Shown here: one piece after another, positions 62,719 through 64,000 of the stretch
Numbering within the stretch: position 1 is the first letter of the stretch
Layout: each line of letters starts with the position of its first letter
NCBI GenBank assembly: GCA_963675525.2
Contig: CAXXSL010000011.1
Coordinates: forward strand, 32,001 to 96,000
Length of the DNA stretch: 64,000 bases
Direction: 5' to 3'
Origin: Anaerohalosphaeraceae bacterium
Lineage (GTDB): Bacteria > Planctomycetota > Phycisphaerae > Sedimentisphaerales > Anaerohalosphaeraceae
Made by a program: the position numbers and the translations under genes
Notes under the pieces: generated by a model
The model's input: the letters and a program-made list of their open reading frames with translations, nothing else
Database searches by the model: none
Told to the model about the DNA's origin: nothing

Positions 62719-62870
62719 TTGCTATAATATCAGCTCGTGTTTGTCGTTCCCGTTCGGGATTGTCACCCCCGCGCAGACGGGGGTCCATCAGGAACGCTGG
62801 ATTCCCGCCTTCGCGGGAATGACACATTTCGCGGGTATGACAATGTGTTATAATTTGCTATAATATCAGC
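62719..62870. repeat. Palindromic dRS3/REP-like element flanked by 16-bp direct repeats
   Basis: ttgctataatatcagc at 62719-62734 and 62855-62870; interior gtcacccccgcg..ggggtcca...tggattcccgccttcgcgggaatgac. Confidence 0.75.
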
Positions 62871-62905
62871 AAAATGGAACCGGTTTCAACCTTAAAACCA
62901 AAAAT

Positions 62906-64000
62906 ATGGATTATCTTGAACAATTACAACAGCAACTAAACCAGCTTAAAGATGAGAATCTGCTGCGGCAGTGCGTCTGCATCGATTCGGCACAGGGACC
63001 GACAATCCGCATGGCCGACGGCAGCGAAAAGGTGCTTTTCTGCAGCAATAACTATCTGGGCCTTGCCAACGACCCGCAAATCAAGCAGGCGGTGATTGCG
63101 GCCGTTGAAAAATACGGGACCGGGGCCGCGGCATCGCGACTGATCAGCGGAACAAGCCGGGCGCATGTTGAACTGGAAAACGCCTTCGCCGGATTTCTGC
63201 ATAAAGAGTCGGCACTGTATTTCCCTTCCGGTTGGACAGCAAATCAAGCCCTGCTGAGTACCCTGCCGCAAAAAGGCGACTTGGTACTCATGGACCGATT
63301 TGACCATGCCTCGATCATTGATGCGGCCAAAGCCTCCGAAGCACCATTTCGCACCTACCGCCGGAACCGCCTGGAACATCTGGAAAAGTATCTATCCGAT
63401 GCCGACTATAACCGTTGTTTCATCGTCACCGAAAGTGTCTTTTCGATGGACGGCGATACAGCCGATCTGGCGGAACTGGTCGAACTCAAAAAGAAATACA
63501 ACGCTATTCTCATCGTCGATGAGGCGCACGCGTTGGGGTGTTTCGGTGCAACCGGTGCCGGACTGTGCGAGCAGGCGGGTGTGCTGGATGAGGTGGACAT
63601 TATTGTCGCCCCGCTGGGTAAGGCCATTGCCGCAACCGGAGGAATTATTGCCGCGGCTAAACCGGTGATCGACACCCTTGTCAACAAGGCCCGGCCGTTC
63701 ATCTATACCACCGCCCCATCGCCGATGATTGCCGCGGCGGCATTGAAGGCTCTTGAGATCATTCAAGCCGAACCGGACCGGCGCAACCGTTTGCAGGACA
63801 ATGCGGCATTTTTAAGAAATGAATTCCAGGAAATGGGCCTCGATATCGGCAACTCCACCAGCCAGATCATCCCGGTCATTCTCGGCGAATCCGCCAAAGC
63901 GTTAGAGGTGTCCAAAAGGCTGTTCGAGGCAGGTTATTTCGTCTCCGCCATCCGCCCGCCAACCGTCCCGCCGGGGACAGCAAGACTGCGAGTTTCGGTC
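62906..64000 (+). CDS. bioF: 8-amino-7-oxononanoate synthase (3'-partial; absent from the ORF track because it has no stop in the window)
   Basis: Translation MDYLEQ...FCSNNYLGLA, SRLISG, HASIID, ESVFSMDGD, DEAH, LGKA, IRPPTVP. Confidence 0.93.
   Translation, partial: MDYLEQLQQQLNQLKDENLLRQCVCIDSAQGPTIRMADGSEKVLFCSNNYLGLANDPQIKQAVIAAVEKYGTGAAASRLISGTSRAHVELENAFAGFLHKESALYFPSGWTANQALLSTLPQKGDLVLMDRFDHASIIDAAKASEAPFRTYRRNRLEHLEKYLSDADYNRCFIVTESVFSMDGDTADLAELVELKKKYNAILIVDEAHALGCFGATGAGLCEQAGVLDEVDIIVAPLGKAIAATGGIIAAAKPVIDTLVNKARPFIYTTAPSPMIAAAALKALEIIQAEPDRRNRLQDNAAFLRNEFQEMGLDIGNSTSQIIPVILGESAKALEVSKRLFEAGYFVSAIRPPTVPPGTARLRVSV

Noticed and set aside
62936..63766. Short ORFs listed at the window end
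   Set aside because: They are alternative frames of the truncated bioF gene starting at 62906

Overview
Bacterial chromosomal window, mostly housekeeping genes. It is probably from an anaerobic planctomycete (Phycisphaerae-like); this is inferred from the fused aroD-aroE, planctomycete-style REP palindromes and overall gene content. Gene order: comEC (5' partial); argG-prepilin peptidase-OmpA/MotB; aroDE; redoxin; SOUL and a LOV-PP2C photoreceptor; mpaA; monomeric icd; a ~2.5 kb accessory pocket full of short palindromic repeats with an AT-rich orphan gene; an LPS core operon (lpxK-hldE-gmhB-waaF-waaP-like-GT4-plsY); yyaL/azoR; mipA; amrS; a 3D-domain gene; an ~19 kb nitrogen assimilation island (NifA-like activator, porin, three amt-PII pairs, GSIII, gltBD, nadE); a YiiX-like amidase; SSS-GHMP kinase; PfkB-ion channel; RACo; an ECF/anti-sigma triad; rhomboid; bioF (3' partial). 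The main signals that the ORF track does not show are: (1) a nitrogen regulon with four sigma54 promoters and a phased palindromic operator TACA-W4-TGTA; (2) a candidate ~130 nt structured ncRNA with a near-consensus promoter and a terminator; (3) three unannotated small proteins with RBS and promoters; (4) an ECF-type promoter shared by LOV-PP2C/SOUL, the redoxin and azoR/yyaL; (5) a PfkB pseudoenzyme paired with an ion channel. I saw no rRNA, tRNA, CRISPR array, integrase or transposase. All calls come from reading motifs by eye; no database searches were run.
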